This document shows positions 54,304 through 62,842 of a DNA stretch of 64,000 nt, piece by piece. Origin of the DNA: Comamonadaceae bacterium. Lineage in GTDB: Bacteria > Pseudomonadota > Gammaproteobacteria > Burkholderiales > Burkholderiaceae_C. The stretch's first letter is position 1; each line of letters starts with the position of its first letter. The position numbers and the translations under genes were made by a program. Location of the stretch: assembly GCA_011391745.1 (NCBI GenBank), contig JAABPX010000001.1, forward strand, positions 2,275 through 66,274, in the 5' to 3' direction. The notes beneath the pieces are model-generated. The model made no database searches and was not told where the DNA came from. It saw only the letters and a program-made list of their open reading frames with translations.

Positions 54304-54903
54304 GTGAGTACGTTTTGGCAACAATTGAATGAGCAGCGTTGGGACGACCACCGCTATTACCACCACAGCACCATCAACCAAAGCTTGCACCTGATCAGCG
54401 CGATCAGCTTTGTGGTCGCTTATGTCTTGGTCTGGACCGATCCCGCCATCGCCGCCTTGTTGGCTTGGCTGGTCTCGATGGTGAGTCGCCAATCCGGCCA
54501 TTTCTTTTTTGAGCCCAAGGGTTACGACGAAGTCAACCAAGCCACGCACGAGTACAAAGAAGAAATCAAGGTGGGCTACAACCTGCACCGCAAGGTGGTG
54601 TTGATGGCGATCTGGGCTTTGATCCCGGCTTGGCTGTGGGTCAACCCATCGGTCATGGGCTTGATCGAACCGTCCACCGACCTGATGGGTTTTGCGCGCG
54701 ACGTGGGCTGGGCTTGGTTTGCTTTGGGCGTGGGTGGTTTGGTGTTCCGAGTGTTGCAACTTGCGGTCCAACAAAACCTCAACACCGGTTTGGTCTGGGC
54801 CACCAAAATCCTGACCGACCCCTTCCACGACATCGCTTTGTATTACCGCTCACCCCTGCTGGTGTTGCGGGGCCAGTGGTTGGCGCCCGCCCGCGCACAC
54901 TGA
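54304..54903 (+). CDS. Uncharacterised membrane protein, DUF962/Mpo1-like His pattern
   Basis: HRYYHHSTINQSLH...RQSGHFFFEPK resembles the Mpo1 Y..H..P.N..LH and Q..GH..FE motifs; 4-5 hydrophobic segments; GTG start after AAAGGG. Confidence 0.65.
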   Translation: MSTFWQQLNEQRWDDHRYYHHSTINQSLHLISAISFVVAYVLVWTDPAIAALLAWLVSMVSRQSGHFFFEPKGYDEVNQATHEYKEEIKVGYNLHRKVVLMAIWALIPAWLWVNPSVMGLIEPSTDLMGFARDVGWAWFALGVGGLVFRVLQLAVQQNLNTGLVWATKILTDPFHDIALYYRSPLLVLRGQWLAPARAH

Positions 54904-54907
54904 GCGT

Positions 54908-56572
54908 TTAAGGCCGCCACCAGCCCAAGAGCTTGGGCCATTTGGCGGCCAACATCTCGCGCACCACCCGACGCCGCAAGGTTTTCAGGGTGGTGCCGCT
55001 GGGCAGATCCCACCAACCATCGGCCTGCATGGCCTGGGCCGCAGCCACCATGCGATCGCGCACCTGGCGCACATCGTCGTCGCTGGTGTCCAAGCTGAAC
55101 ATCATGCGACCGGATCCGACCCAACTCATGTAGAGCCCTTGCTGCCGGCAATAGAACTGGTACATCCAGTGGTAACGACCGGGCTGTGTGTAAGTGACGG
55201 TCCAGATGCTGGATAAATTTTGGATGCGCACTGGCACACCCGCGGCCTCAAAAGCTTGGTTGAAGGCCGTTCGCTCGCGGTTCCAACGCCCATCCACCCC
55301 GTCGTACAAAGCGTGTGCTTCGGGCGTGTCCAAGTAATGCAAGAACGCGTTCATGGCCCCCATCACATAGGGGTGGGCGTTGAAGGTGCCCCGGGCAAAA
55401 CACAGGTTGCCCGGTTGCTCGGGTTTGAAGCGGCGCATCCAAGCCGAGCGGCCACACACCACACCCACGGGATAACCGCCGGCCAAGGTTTTGCCGTAAC
55501 AGACCAAATCGGCCTGCACACCGAAATAGGCTTGTGCGCCCTCGCGATGGATGCGAAAGCCCACAAAAATTTCGTCCATGATGAGCGCAATGCCGCGCTC
55601 GGTGCAGACCGAGCGCAGTTTCCTCAACCATTGACCATAGGCCTCGCGGTCAAAGCCCGCGCTGCGGCTGCCGTCGACCAAGGTCGAGTCGCCGGGTGCG
55701 CCTTTGTTGGGGTGCAGTCCTTGCAGCGGGTTGACGATCACGCAGGCGATGTCGTGGCGGCTGCGCAGCACATTCAAGGTGGCCTCGTGCATGTCGCGCA
55801 AGGTATAGGTTTCGTGCACGGATGCGGGGTTGCCCGGGCCCGGCTGCACGTCGTCCCACCAGCCGTTGTAAGCCCCGGCGAATCGCACCACGTGTTGTTT
55901 GCCCGTGTGGTACCGCGCCAGGCGGACCGCTTGCATCACCGCCTCGGTGCCCGACATGTGGAAGGACACCTCGTCCATGCCCGAAATTCGCTTGAGGCGT
56001 TCCACGTTGTCAAGCACACAGGGGTGGTAAGCGCCCAATATGGGGCCCAGTGCTTCGCCCATGTCCAAACCTTTTCGCATCCAGGCTTTGTAAGCCTCAA
56101 GGCCCATGACGTTGACGCCATAAGAACCCGTGATGTCGAGGTAGGCGTGGCCATCCATATCGCGCAAATGCATGCCTTGGGATGAAGCCATGAAAGCGCC
56201 CATCGGCAGGTGTTCGCGCACCCATTCGCTGAATGGGTAAGGCACGCGGTAGCGGCTGGTGAGCTGCAAATCGGACAGGCTCTCACGCAAGCGCCGCGTG
56301 TGCTCCAAGGTGATGGGACTGCTGCGGCGAAAGTAAGCGCTCAAGCGCTCAAAACCGGCACGGCGCTGAGCAGCCAATTCGGGCGAAGCCCCATCGGCGT
56401 TAAAAAATGCGTCACCCACCAAGCTGTGGTGCGGCACCCAGCGCGCAGCCCGGCGCGACATGCGCACATGGCCGCCCAGCGAGGGGTGTTTGGCGCGAGA
56501 CAACAACCAACGGCGGTACACCGCAGGCAACAACAAGGCATCGGTCCAAGCGGGCAAATTCAAAGGGATCAT
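54908..56572 (-). CDS. Class III PLP aminotransferase (GSAM-like / PKS-NRPS AMT-domain-like) with N-terminal extension; function unknown
   Basis: G..L.DMDG..YLD...SYG, SGTEAVM.A.RLAR, F.GAYNG, IMDEIFVGFR, ADLVCYGKTLAGGYPVG (PLP Lys), GTFNAHP; 554 aa. Confidence 0.85.
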   Translation of the reverse strand: MIPLNLPAWTDALLLPAVYRRWLLSRAKHPSLGGHVRMSRRAARWVPHHSLVGDAFFNADGASPELAAQRRAGFERLSAYFRRSSPITLEHTRRLRESLSDLQLTSRYRVPYPFSEWVREHLPMGAFMASSQGMHLRDMDGHAYLDITGSYGVNVMGLEAYKAWMRKGLDMGEALGPILGAYHPCVLDNVERLKRISGMDEVSFHMSGTEAVMQAVRLARYHTGKQHVVRFAGAYNGWWDDVQPGPGNPASVHETYTLRDMHEATLNVLRSRHDIACVIVNPLQGLHPNKGAPGDSTLVDGSRSAGFDREAYGQWLRKLRSVCTERGIALIMDEIFVGFRIHREGAQAYFGVQADLVCYGKTLAGGYPVGVVCGRSAWMRRFKPEQPGNLCFARGTFNAHPYVMGAMNAFLHYLDTPEAHALYDGVDGRWNRERTAFNQAFEAAGVPVRIQNLSSIWTVTYTQPGRYHWMYQFYCRQQGLYMSWVGSGRMMFSLDTSDDDVRQVRDRMVAAAQAMQADGWWDLPSGTTLKTLRRRVVREMLAAKWPKLLGWWRP

Positions 56573-56614
56573 GTGTCATCAATCGTTCATGTGGCAATGA
56601 CAAACTTGTAACCG
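56573..56614. promoter_or_regulatory. Bidirectional Pho-box region between the aminotransferase and the psd-like gene
   Basis: Plus strand: GTGTCAT-caat-CGTTCAT, then 10 nt, then CAAACT. Minus strand: CGGTTAC-aagt-TTGTCAT, then about 9 nt, then AACGAT. The intergenic gap is only 59 nt. Confidence 0.65.
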
Positions 56615-56631
56615 TTGAATTTGACAAGACC

Positions 56632-57498
56632 ATGAAAAAACCCACTTTGCTCCAACGCTCAGGCCTCGCCGAGGACCTGAACTTTTTGTTCACCAACCGC
56701 ATTCCCCGCATTGCGCTCACACACGCCATGGGCTGGTACAGCCAAATCAAAAGTCCCTGGCTGACGCGCCTGAGCATTGCGGTTTGGGGTTGGTTCACGC
56801 CTTTGGATTTTTCTGAGGCCAAAGAACAACACTTTGACTCGTTGCACGCGTGCTTCACGCGCGAACTCAAGCCCGGCGCACGCCCTTACAGCCCCGACCC
56901 CAAGCTGATTTCTTCACCCAGCGACGGCATCGTGGGTGCCATGGGCCAGGTCCAAGATGGCGAAGTGTTCCAAACCAAAGGCTTCCCCTACACCTTGAAC
57001 GATTTGCTGGGCTCAGTGGCGCTGGCCGAGCAATACCGCCACGGTCACTACCTGACCTTGCGCCTGACCTCGGCCATGTACCACCGCTTCCACGCACCGG
57101 CACGCGTGCGTTTGGAACGGGTGAATTACATCTCGGGCGACACCTGGAACGTCAACCCCATTGCCCTACAACGCGTTGAGCGCTTGTTTTGTAAAAACGA
57201 GCGTGCCGTGCTGGATTTGGCCCTGCTCGACCACGGCGATCAGCGCATGCTCTTGGTGCCCGTGGCCGCGGTCTTGGTCGCCAGCATCCGCTTGCACGCC
57301 TTGGACACGAAATTGCACCTGCGCTACCGCGGCCCCAACGACATCCCTTGTCGGCATGAAGCGGCAGCGGGTGATGAATTGGGCTGGTTTGAGCACGGCT
57401 CGACCATCATCGTGCTGCTGCCCGAACACATCACGTGGGCCGAAGGCATTCAAACCGGTGTGCCCATCAAAGCCGGTACGCCCTTGGCAAACCTATGA
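56632..57498 (+). CDS. psd: Phosphatidylserine-decarboxylase-like pyruvoyl proenzyme (divergent subfamily)
   Basis: FTRELKPGARP, SPSDG, QTKG..Y, YHRFHAP, NVNP, LF.KNER, GWFEHGST cleavage site. Confidence 0.8.
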   Translation: MKKPTLLQRSGLAEDLNFLFTNRIPRIALTHAMGWYSQIKSPWLTRLSIAVWGWFTPLDFSEAKEQHFDSLHACFTRELKPGARPYSPDPKLISSPSDGIVGAMGQVQDGEVFQTKGFPYTLNDLLGSVALAEQYRHGHYLTLRLTSAMYHRFHAPARVRLERVNYISGDTWNVNPIALQRVERLFCKNERAVLDLALLDHGDQRMLLVPVAAVLVASIRLHALDTKLHLRYRGPNDIPCRHEAAAGDELGWFEHGSTIIVLLPEHITWAEGIQTGVPIKAGTPLANL

Positions 57499-57518
57499 GC
57501 CGCGCTGCGCTGGGGTTG

Positions 57519-58364
57519 TCACATCTTCAAAAAAGCGATGCCCACCAAGACCAGCCCCGTGGAAAAAGCGGCTGGCAACAAGCGCCCTTCTTTGAACCAC
57601 AGAATCGAAATCAGCATGGCAAACACCACAGAGGTTTCACGCAGCGCCGAGACCAAGGCCATCGGTGAGACCGTCATCGCCCACAAAACCATCGAATAGC
57701 CGGCGATCGAAATGACAGAACCCAACACAATCAAGCCCGCGTTGGTCTTGGAAAACGTCCACAGCGCCCGTGTTTGTTGCCGGTAAGCCAAGGCGTACAC
57801 CAGCATGGGCTCGAACACCGCCGACAGCAGCACATACGACAAGGCACTGCCCGAGACACGCGCCCCTGCCCCATCAACCACCGTGTACAACGCAATCACC
57901 CCCGCGTTGAGCAAAGCGAATTTGATCTGCCCCCAGCGCAAAGACCGCGCGATGTGGCGTTGGTAGGTGGACATCAAAAACAATATCCCCAAGGTCAGAA
58001 ACAACAAGCCCAACGACGAGGAACGGTCGAAGGACTCGCCCAAAAATGCCAAGGCAATCACCGTCACGAACACTGGGGCCATGCCCCGCATGACGATGTA
58101 AGCGGGGCCAAACGCGCTGTGGGCGTACACCTTGGTCAACACGAAGATGTACAGGCCGTGTAACAACACCGAGGCCAACAAATACGGGTGGCTCAGCTCA
58201 TGGGGCAAACCCACCCACCACAGCATGGGCACGGCAAGTACGGCGCTGCACAAATGCAATGCCATGGTGAAGAGGCCTTTGTCGGTGGCGCGGCTGATGA
58301 GGGAATTCCAAAGCGCGTGCATCAACGCGGCCAACAACACCGTCAGTAAAACACCATTCGTCAC
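57519..58364 (-). CDS. EamA/DMT family transporter
   Basis: AALMHALWN, AY..MRG..P, YTVVDG, VSALRETSVVFA; about 10 TM segments; GTGA overlap with the Nudix gene. Confidence 0.9.
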   Translation of the reverse strand: MTNGVLLTVLLAALMHALWNSLISRATDKGLFTMALHLCSAVLAVPMLWWVGLPHELSHPYLLASVLLHGLYIFVLTKVYAHSAFGPAYIVMRGMAPVFVTVIALAFLGESFDRSSSLGLLFLTLGILFLMSTYQRHIARSLRWGQIKFALLNAGVIALYTVVDGAGARVSGSALSYVLLSAVFEPMLVYALAYRQQTRALWTFSKTNAGLIVLGSVISIAGYSMVLWAMTVSPMALVSALRETSVVFAMLISILWFKEGRLLPAAFSTGLVLVGIAFLKM

Positions 58365-59170
58365 GCTTTCAGCACACGCAAAAACACACCCGTGGCCGCC
58401 AAGGTGAAGCGATCGGCTTCTAACGCATGGGTCAGCGCTTCCCTTTCAAATCGGTAAAACGCCGCCACCTCACCATCTTGGTTCAACGGCTCAACACCTG
58501 CCTCAAGCTCAGCCGAATAACAATGGATGGTTTCCACCGTCTGACCCCACCCCCGAGCGTCACCGCTGGGTTTGTTGAGTTCAATCGTGCCAAACGCGGT
58601 GAGGTTGACGAGTTGGCGCAGGCCCAAACCCGCCTCTTCCCATGCCTCTCGAGCCAAGGTCGCCGATGGATGTTCGTTCCAAGCCACCGTCCCGCCCACC
58701 AAGGTGTCCAAACGACCGGGGTCTTCCGCTTTGTTGGCCGCACGTTCCTGAACCCAGCACGCATCGCCTTGCCAACCGAGCACATGCACGCTGTGCGTGT
58801 GAACACCCAAGTACCGCGCCAAGTCGCGCGGTACCGCGCCGTGAAGCCGACCTTGGTCGTCCCACAAGGGCAAGCGCTCGGCCTCGGGCAGCACCCCCTG
58901 ACCAGGGTCGAACAGGTGCTGACGCAACGCGGCAAAGGTCGTGGTGGGGTCTTCGGGCAAATGCAACACATCGCCCCAATCGCTCGGCATCCATCGCCAC
59001 CCCGGTTGAAACCCCTCGCGACTCAGATGTTCAAGCATTGCGTGCGCAACCGAACCCACCACAAGGCCCCCAAGCCACAAAGGCGTTCTGGTGTCGGTTG
59101 GCGCTGGCTGGGCACGCTGCGCCCAGCGCTGCTCAAACGCAGGATCGAACGTCGGCCAGGGGGTTCGCAT
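58361..59170 (-). CDS. Nudix hydrolase (long N-terminal domain, DUF4743-like)
   Basis: Complete Nudix box G-TVAWN-E-HPSATLA-REAWEEAGL; K..DPG.LD.LVGG; P.NQDGEV. Confidence 0.85.
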   Translation of the reverse strand: MRTPWPTFDPAFEQRWAQRAQPAPTDTRTPLWLGGLVVGSVAHAMLEHLSREGFQPGWRWMPSDWGDVLHLPEDPTTTFAALRQHLFDPGQGVLPEAERLPLWDDQGRLHGAVPRDLARYLGVHTHSVHVLGWQGDACWVQERAANKAEDPGRLDTLVGGTVAWNEHPSATLAREAWEEAGLGLRQLVNLTAFGTIELNKPSGDARGWGQTVETIHCYSAELEAGVEPLNQDGEVAAFYRFEREALTHALEADRFTLAATGVFLRVLKA

Positions 59171-59179
59171 GGGTGCGAT

Positions 59180-60307
59180 TCAAGACGACATGGCCAAATC
59201 GAGCAACTCGCGTGCGAAGGCAAACGAAGTGGACGCACCGGTCCCGCCCGTGACCACGCCCAGCGCCAACCTGGGACTGGGCTGGGCTTTGAACACCACA
59301 TCCTGGGCAGAGGCGTAGCTGCCGGTCCAGCGCTCGATCACGCTGGCCTTGGGCAAATTCAAGACGCGATGAAATTCGTCCATGATGAGGTTCTCGGTGG
59401 CGGCACTGGCAAATGGGGCCTCGGCATCGCCATACACATGGCTGTCGCCCACCACCAATGAACCATCGGCGGATTGAACCACGATGAGGTGAATGCCTTG
59501 TGCCAAGTGCGCCGCTTGTTCGCCCAGCAAGCGTGCTTTGAGTGGCGTGGCTTCGGGCAAATCGGCATAACCCTCGTAACGAATCAAACTCAGGTCGGAC
59601 ATGAAGGCGCTCGACAAATGGAGCGCTTGACCGGGCGAGACACGCATCATTTGCAGGGTGCATTGGCGAATACCCGCCTGCGCCAAACACAGGGGAAAGA
59701 GCGCATTCAAATCGTTGCCTGGGCACACCACGCCGTATTCGGCGCGCAAAGAGCCGCGGCTGGTGTTGATGTGCGGCAGGTGAATGCCGGTGACGGGCGT
59801 ATTCCAATAAAAATCAACACCCAAGCTGTGTTCCAGCCATTGGCTCAAACGGGGAATGGCGTCGCGCGATTCAACCCGGCATTCGTGCGGGCTGTGCAAC
59901 AGCGCCATGCCCGGCTGCAACCAAGGCCAATCGCGCTGGGCTTGTTTGGCGTCCACCCAACGGCAACCCTCGCCCATTTCGGTGGCCATAAAAGCCTCCA
60001 GCACCGCCACCGCTTCGGGTCGCTGGGCCAGCACATGCAAGCCCTCATGAACCACCCCAATCCCTGCCTGTGGGGCCACCTCGCGCCAAATGGCCGCCGT
60101 GTCCTGCGCTCGCCGCCAGTGCTCGCCACGGCGTTGGCCGGTGACGGTGATGAATCCAAAATTGCGAACCGATGCGCCGATGGCTTTGGCGTTGCGCTCC
60201 ACCACCGCCACTCGCAAACCACGGCGGCGCGCGGTCCAGGCCGTGGCCAAGCCAATGATGCCTGCGCCCACGACCACCAGGTCGTATCCCAATTTCATGT
60301 TGCTCAT
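59180..60307 (-). CDS. FAD-dependent oxidoreductase of phosphonate clusters (TIGR03364/HpnW, PbfC-like)
   Basis: VVGAGIIGLA, GASVRNFG, RVESRDAIP, DGSLVVGDSH.YG, ERWTG.Y, GTGASTSF; directly after phnX. Confidence 0.85.
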   Translation of the reverse strand: MSNMKLGYDLVVVGAGIIGLATAWTARRRGLRVAVVERNAKAIGASVRNFGFITVTGQRRGEHWRRAQDTAAIWREVAPQAGIGVVHEGLHVLAQRPEAVAVLEAFMATEMGEGCRWVDAKQAQRDWPWLQPGMALLHSPHECRVESRDAIPRLSQWLEHSLGVDFYWNTPVTGIHLPHINTSRGSLRAEYGVVCPGNDLNALFPLCLAQAGIRQCTLQMMRVSPGQALHLSSAFMSDLSLIRYEGYADLPEATPLKARLLGEQAAHLAQGIHLIVVQSADGSLVVGDSHVYGDAEAPFASAATENLIMDEFHRVLNLPKASVIERWTGSYASAQDVVFKAQPSPRLALGVVTGGTGASTSFAFARELLDLAMSS

Positions 60308-60312
60308 GGTTT

Positions 60313-61125
60313 TTATGGGCGTTGGCCCTTGGCCAAGCGCTGTTCAATCTGGGTCAATACGGCCGGCAAATCGGCCACGGTGTCGATCACAAAATGGGCG
60401 CCGGCTGCTTGAAACACGGGGGTCACGCGCTCTCGCACGGCTTGCCGATCCGCCGCAGTGGCTTGTTCAAACTCGGCCAATGTCCACCCTGCTGGACTGC
60501 CCGATAAGCTCACACCCACGGTCCACATGCCGGCGTTTAAGCCCTCGGCAATGCCCGGCACCGTGTCGTCGACCTTCACACAATGGGCCACCGAGCCGAT
60601 GCGCAATTCTTGCACGCAAGCCAACGCCATCCACGGACCGGGCCGGGCACCAGCGGCCAAATCGTCGGCGCACACGGTGCAGTCGGGCGCGTAGCCCCGC
60701 TGCGCCGCCAGCAGCATGAGGCGCAGCATGACTTGACGCGGGTAACCGGTGGTGGAGCCAATCTTGAGGCCCTGGCGGCGCAGGGCTTGCACCAGTGCCA
60801 AAGCGCCGGGGATCAAGTCGCTGTGGGCACCCACGCGCTCGACCTGCAGCGGAATGAAGGTGTCGTAAATGTGGCGCACATCGTCTTGCGACATGGGTTG
60901 GCCAAACTGCGCCCTCCAGCGCGGACCCACATCGGGGTCTTGGCCCAAGGCCTCGATGTGCTGCCACTTGCCCAAACCCATGGGCCTGCGGGCTTCCTCT
61001 AAGCTCAGTTCAAACCCATAGGCTTGTGCAAACGCGTCCACAAAAATTTGGGTGGGGGCAAAAGAACCAAAGTCGACCATGGTGCCAGCCCAGTCGAATA
61101 CGACGGCTTCCAGTTGGGGTTTCAT
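60313..61125 (-). CDS. phnX: Phosphonoacetaldehyde hydrolase
   Basis: FDWAGTMVDFGS, R.PMG..KW.HI (Schiff-base Lys), TTGY, RP.PWM, KVDDT..GI.EG.NAG.W. Confidence 0.96.
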   Translation of the reverse strand: MKPQLEAVVFDWAGTMVDFGSFAPTQIFVDAFAQAYGFELSLEEARRPMGLGKWQHIEALGQDPDVGPRWRAQFGQPMSQDDVRHIYDTFIPLQVERVGAHSDLIPGALALVQALRRQGLKIGSTTGYPRQVMLRLMLLAAQRGYAPDCTVCADDLAAGARPGPWMALACVQELRIGSVAHCVKVDDTVPGIAEGLNAGMWTVGVSLSGSPAGWTLAEFEQATAADRQAVRERVTPVFQAAGAHFVIDTVADLPAVLTQIEQRLAKGQRP

Positions 61126-61165
61126 GGGTGTGCTCGCATTAAAAGAAACAAAAGTCGTGTGGCGC

Positions 61166-62842
61166 TCAACGAACCCGCCACGCTTGGGTGGATCGGTTCA
61201 ACCGATGGGTCAACACGCTGTGAATCAGTTTGACCGCTGCTGAAGTCACCACAATGACCACGGCCATGGCCGCCGCCGCCGCGGTGAAACCCGCTTCGTC
61301 CATGTGAATGATGGACACCGAGGCCAACTTGGTGTTTGAGCCATACAAAAAGACCACGGCCGAGACAGTGGTCATGGCGTTAACAAACAGGTAGATGCTG
61401 ATGTCGAGTACCGCCGGGGTGCACACGGGCACAGTGACCCGACCGAACATACGGCCCACCGACACCTTGAGCGAGGCCGACACCGATTCAAATTCACCGT
61501 CCAACTGCTTGAGCGCCGTGGTGGCGGTGATGTGGCTCACGGTATAGAAGTGCGCCACCGAATTGACCACCAAAATGGCCATGGTGCCGTAGATAAAACC
61601 CAAGGGATGTCCGGGTGCGTTGAAAAAGAAAATGTACGACAAGCCCAACACCAAACCCGGCACCGCCATCGACAGCATGGCCATGAGCTGTGTGGTGTTG
61701 CGCACCCACGCAAAGCCACGCGTTTTCTCCAACAGATACGCGCCCACAAACACGATGACCGTACCCGCCACCGCCGTCCAAACGGCCATGCGCAGCGAGT
61801 TGAAATACGCCCTCCAGCCCTCGCTGTCAAAGTCGGCGAATTGGTAGTTGGCCCAAGTCAAATTCAGGTTATAAGGCCACCGCGTGACCAACGAAGCCCA
61901 CACCGCCATGCCGAGCATCACCAGCATGGCTGACGCCACCAGCGCACAAAACACCCACAGCGCCCAATCGCGCGGCGCATGGGGCTGCGGCACGAGTGGG
62001 ACCGAGCGTCCGCTGAGCAAAGCCACTTGGCGGTGTTGAACCCAACGGTCTGCAGCAAACGCCAGCACGGCGGGCAACAAAAGCACAAAGCCCACCACCG
62101 CACCCATCGAGAAGTTTTGCTGACCAATCACTTGCTTGAAGATGTCGGTGGCCAACACATTAAAGCGCCCGCCAATGACCTTGGCAATGCCAAAGTCGGT
62201 GATGGCCAAGGTGAACACCACAAACCCAGCGCTGATCAAGCCGTATTTGCTGCCCGGCAGCGTCACCGTCAAAAAAGTTCGCCAAGGGGAGGCACCCAAA
62301 ACACGGGCGGCCTCGTAATGCCGGGCATCGGCCATGCTCAACGCCACCACCAAAATCATCAGCGCATGGGGAAACACATAAAACACTTGCGAAATGACAA
62401 TGCCCAACGGCCCGTAAATGGAAGCGCCCATGAGCCAGTGGTTGAGCACCCCTTGATTACCAAACAAATAAATCAAAGAGATGGCGGGCAGCAACGAAGG
62501 TGCCAAGATGGGGATCAAGGCCAGGGCTTTGAACACGGTTTTGCCGCGCATGGCGCTGCGCGTCAAAGCGTAGGCGTAGGCATAGGCCAACGGCAAGGTG
62601 ATGACCGTAATCAGGCCAGAAACCCACACACTGTTCCACAGCGAATCGAACAGCGCTGGTGTAGAAAAATACACAGCGTAATTGGCCCAACCCATCCAAT
62701 CGCCATCGGCATTCTCAAAACTCTTGATCAACAACGTGGCCAACGGCAACACCAAGGTCAACAACAGCCAAGCCGCCAGCAAAACCACGCCCAGCCGCAT
62801 CCAAGCGTCGTCCCAGTCCCAGCGATGCCGAGTGCCCGACAT
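61166..62842 (-). CDS. Putative 2-aminoethylphosphonate ABC transporter permease (fused double permease)
   Basis: PSLLPAISLIYLFGNQG, YEAARVLGAS, TDFG..KVIGG.FNVLATD, MAVPGLVLGL, EFESVSASLK; TGATG overlap with the ATPase. Confidence 0.88.
   Translation of the reverse strand: MSGTRHRWDWDDAWMRLGVVLLAAWLLLTLVLPLATLLIKSFENADGDWMGWANYAVYFSTPALFDSLWNSVWVSGLITVITLPLAYAYAYALTRSAMRGKTVFKALALIPILAPSLLPAISLIYLFGNQGVLNHWLMGASIYGPLGIVISQVFYVFPHALMILVVALSMADARHYEAARVLGASPWRTFLTVTLPGSKYGLISAGFVVFTLAITDFGIAKVIGGRFNVLATDIFKQVIGQQNFSMGAVVGFVLLLPAVLAFAADRWVQHRQVALLSGRSVPLVPQPHAPRDWALWVFCALVASAMLVMLGMAVWASLVTRWPYNLNLTWANYQFADFDSEGWRAYFNSLRMAVWTAVAGTVIVFVGAYLLEKTRGFAWVRNTTQLMAMLSMAVPGLVLGLSYIFFFNAPGHPLGFIYGTMAILVVNSVAHFYTVSHITATTALKQLDGEFESVSASLKVSVGRMFGRVTVPVCTPAVLDISIYLFVNAMTTVSAVVFLYGSNTKLASVSIIHMDEAGFTAAAAAMAVVIVVTSAAVKLIHSVLTHRLNRSTQAWRVR

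Noticed and set aside
54908-56572. HemL (glutamate-1-semialdehyde aminomutase) call
   Set aside because: It is well over 100 aa longer than a typical HemL, has YNG instead of YHG, and has no tetrapyrrole context.
54908-56572. PbfA or PhnW replacement belonging to the phosphonate operon
   Set aside because: It is separated from the operon by an oppositely oriented gene and has its own promoter region; its motifs are GSAM/AMT-like. Not fully excluded without a phylogeny.
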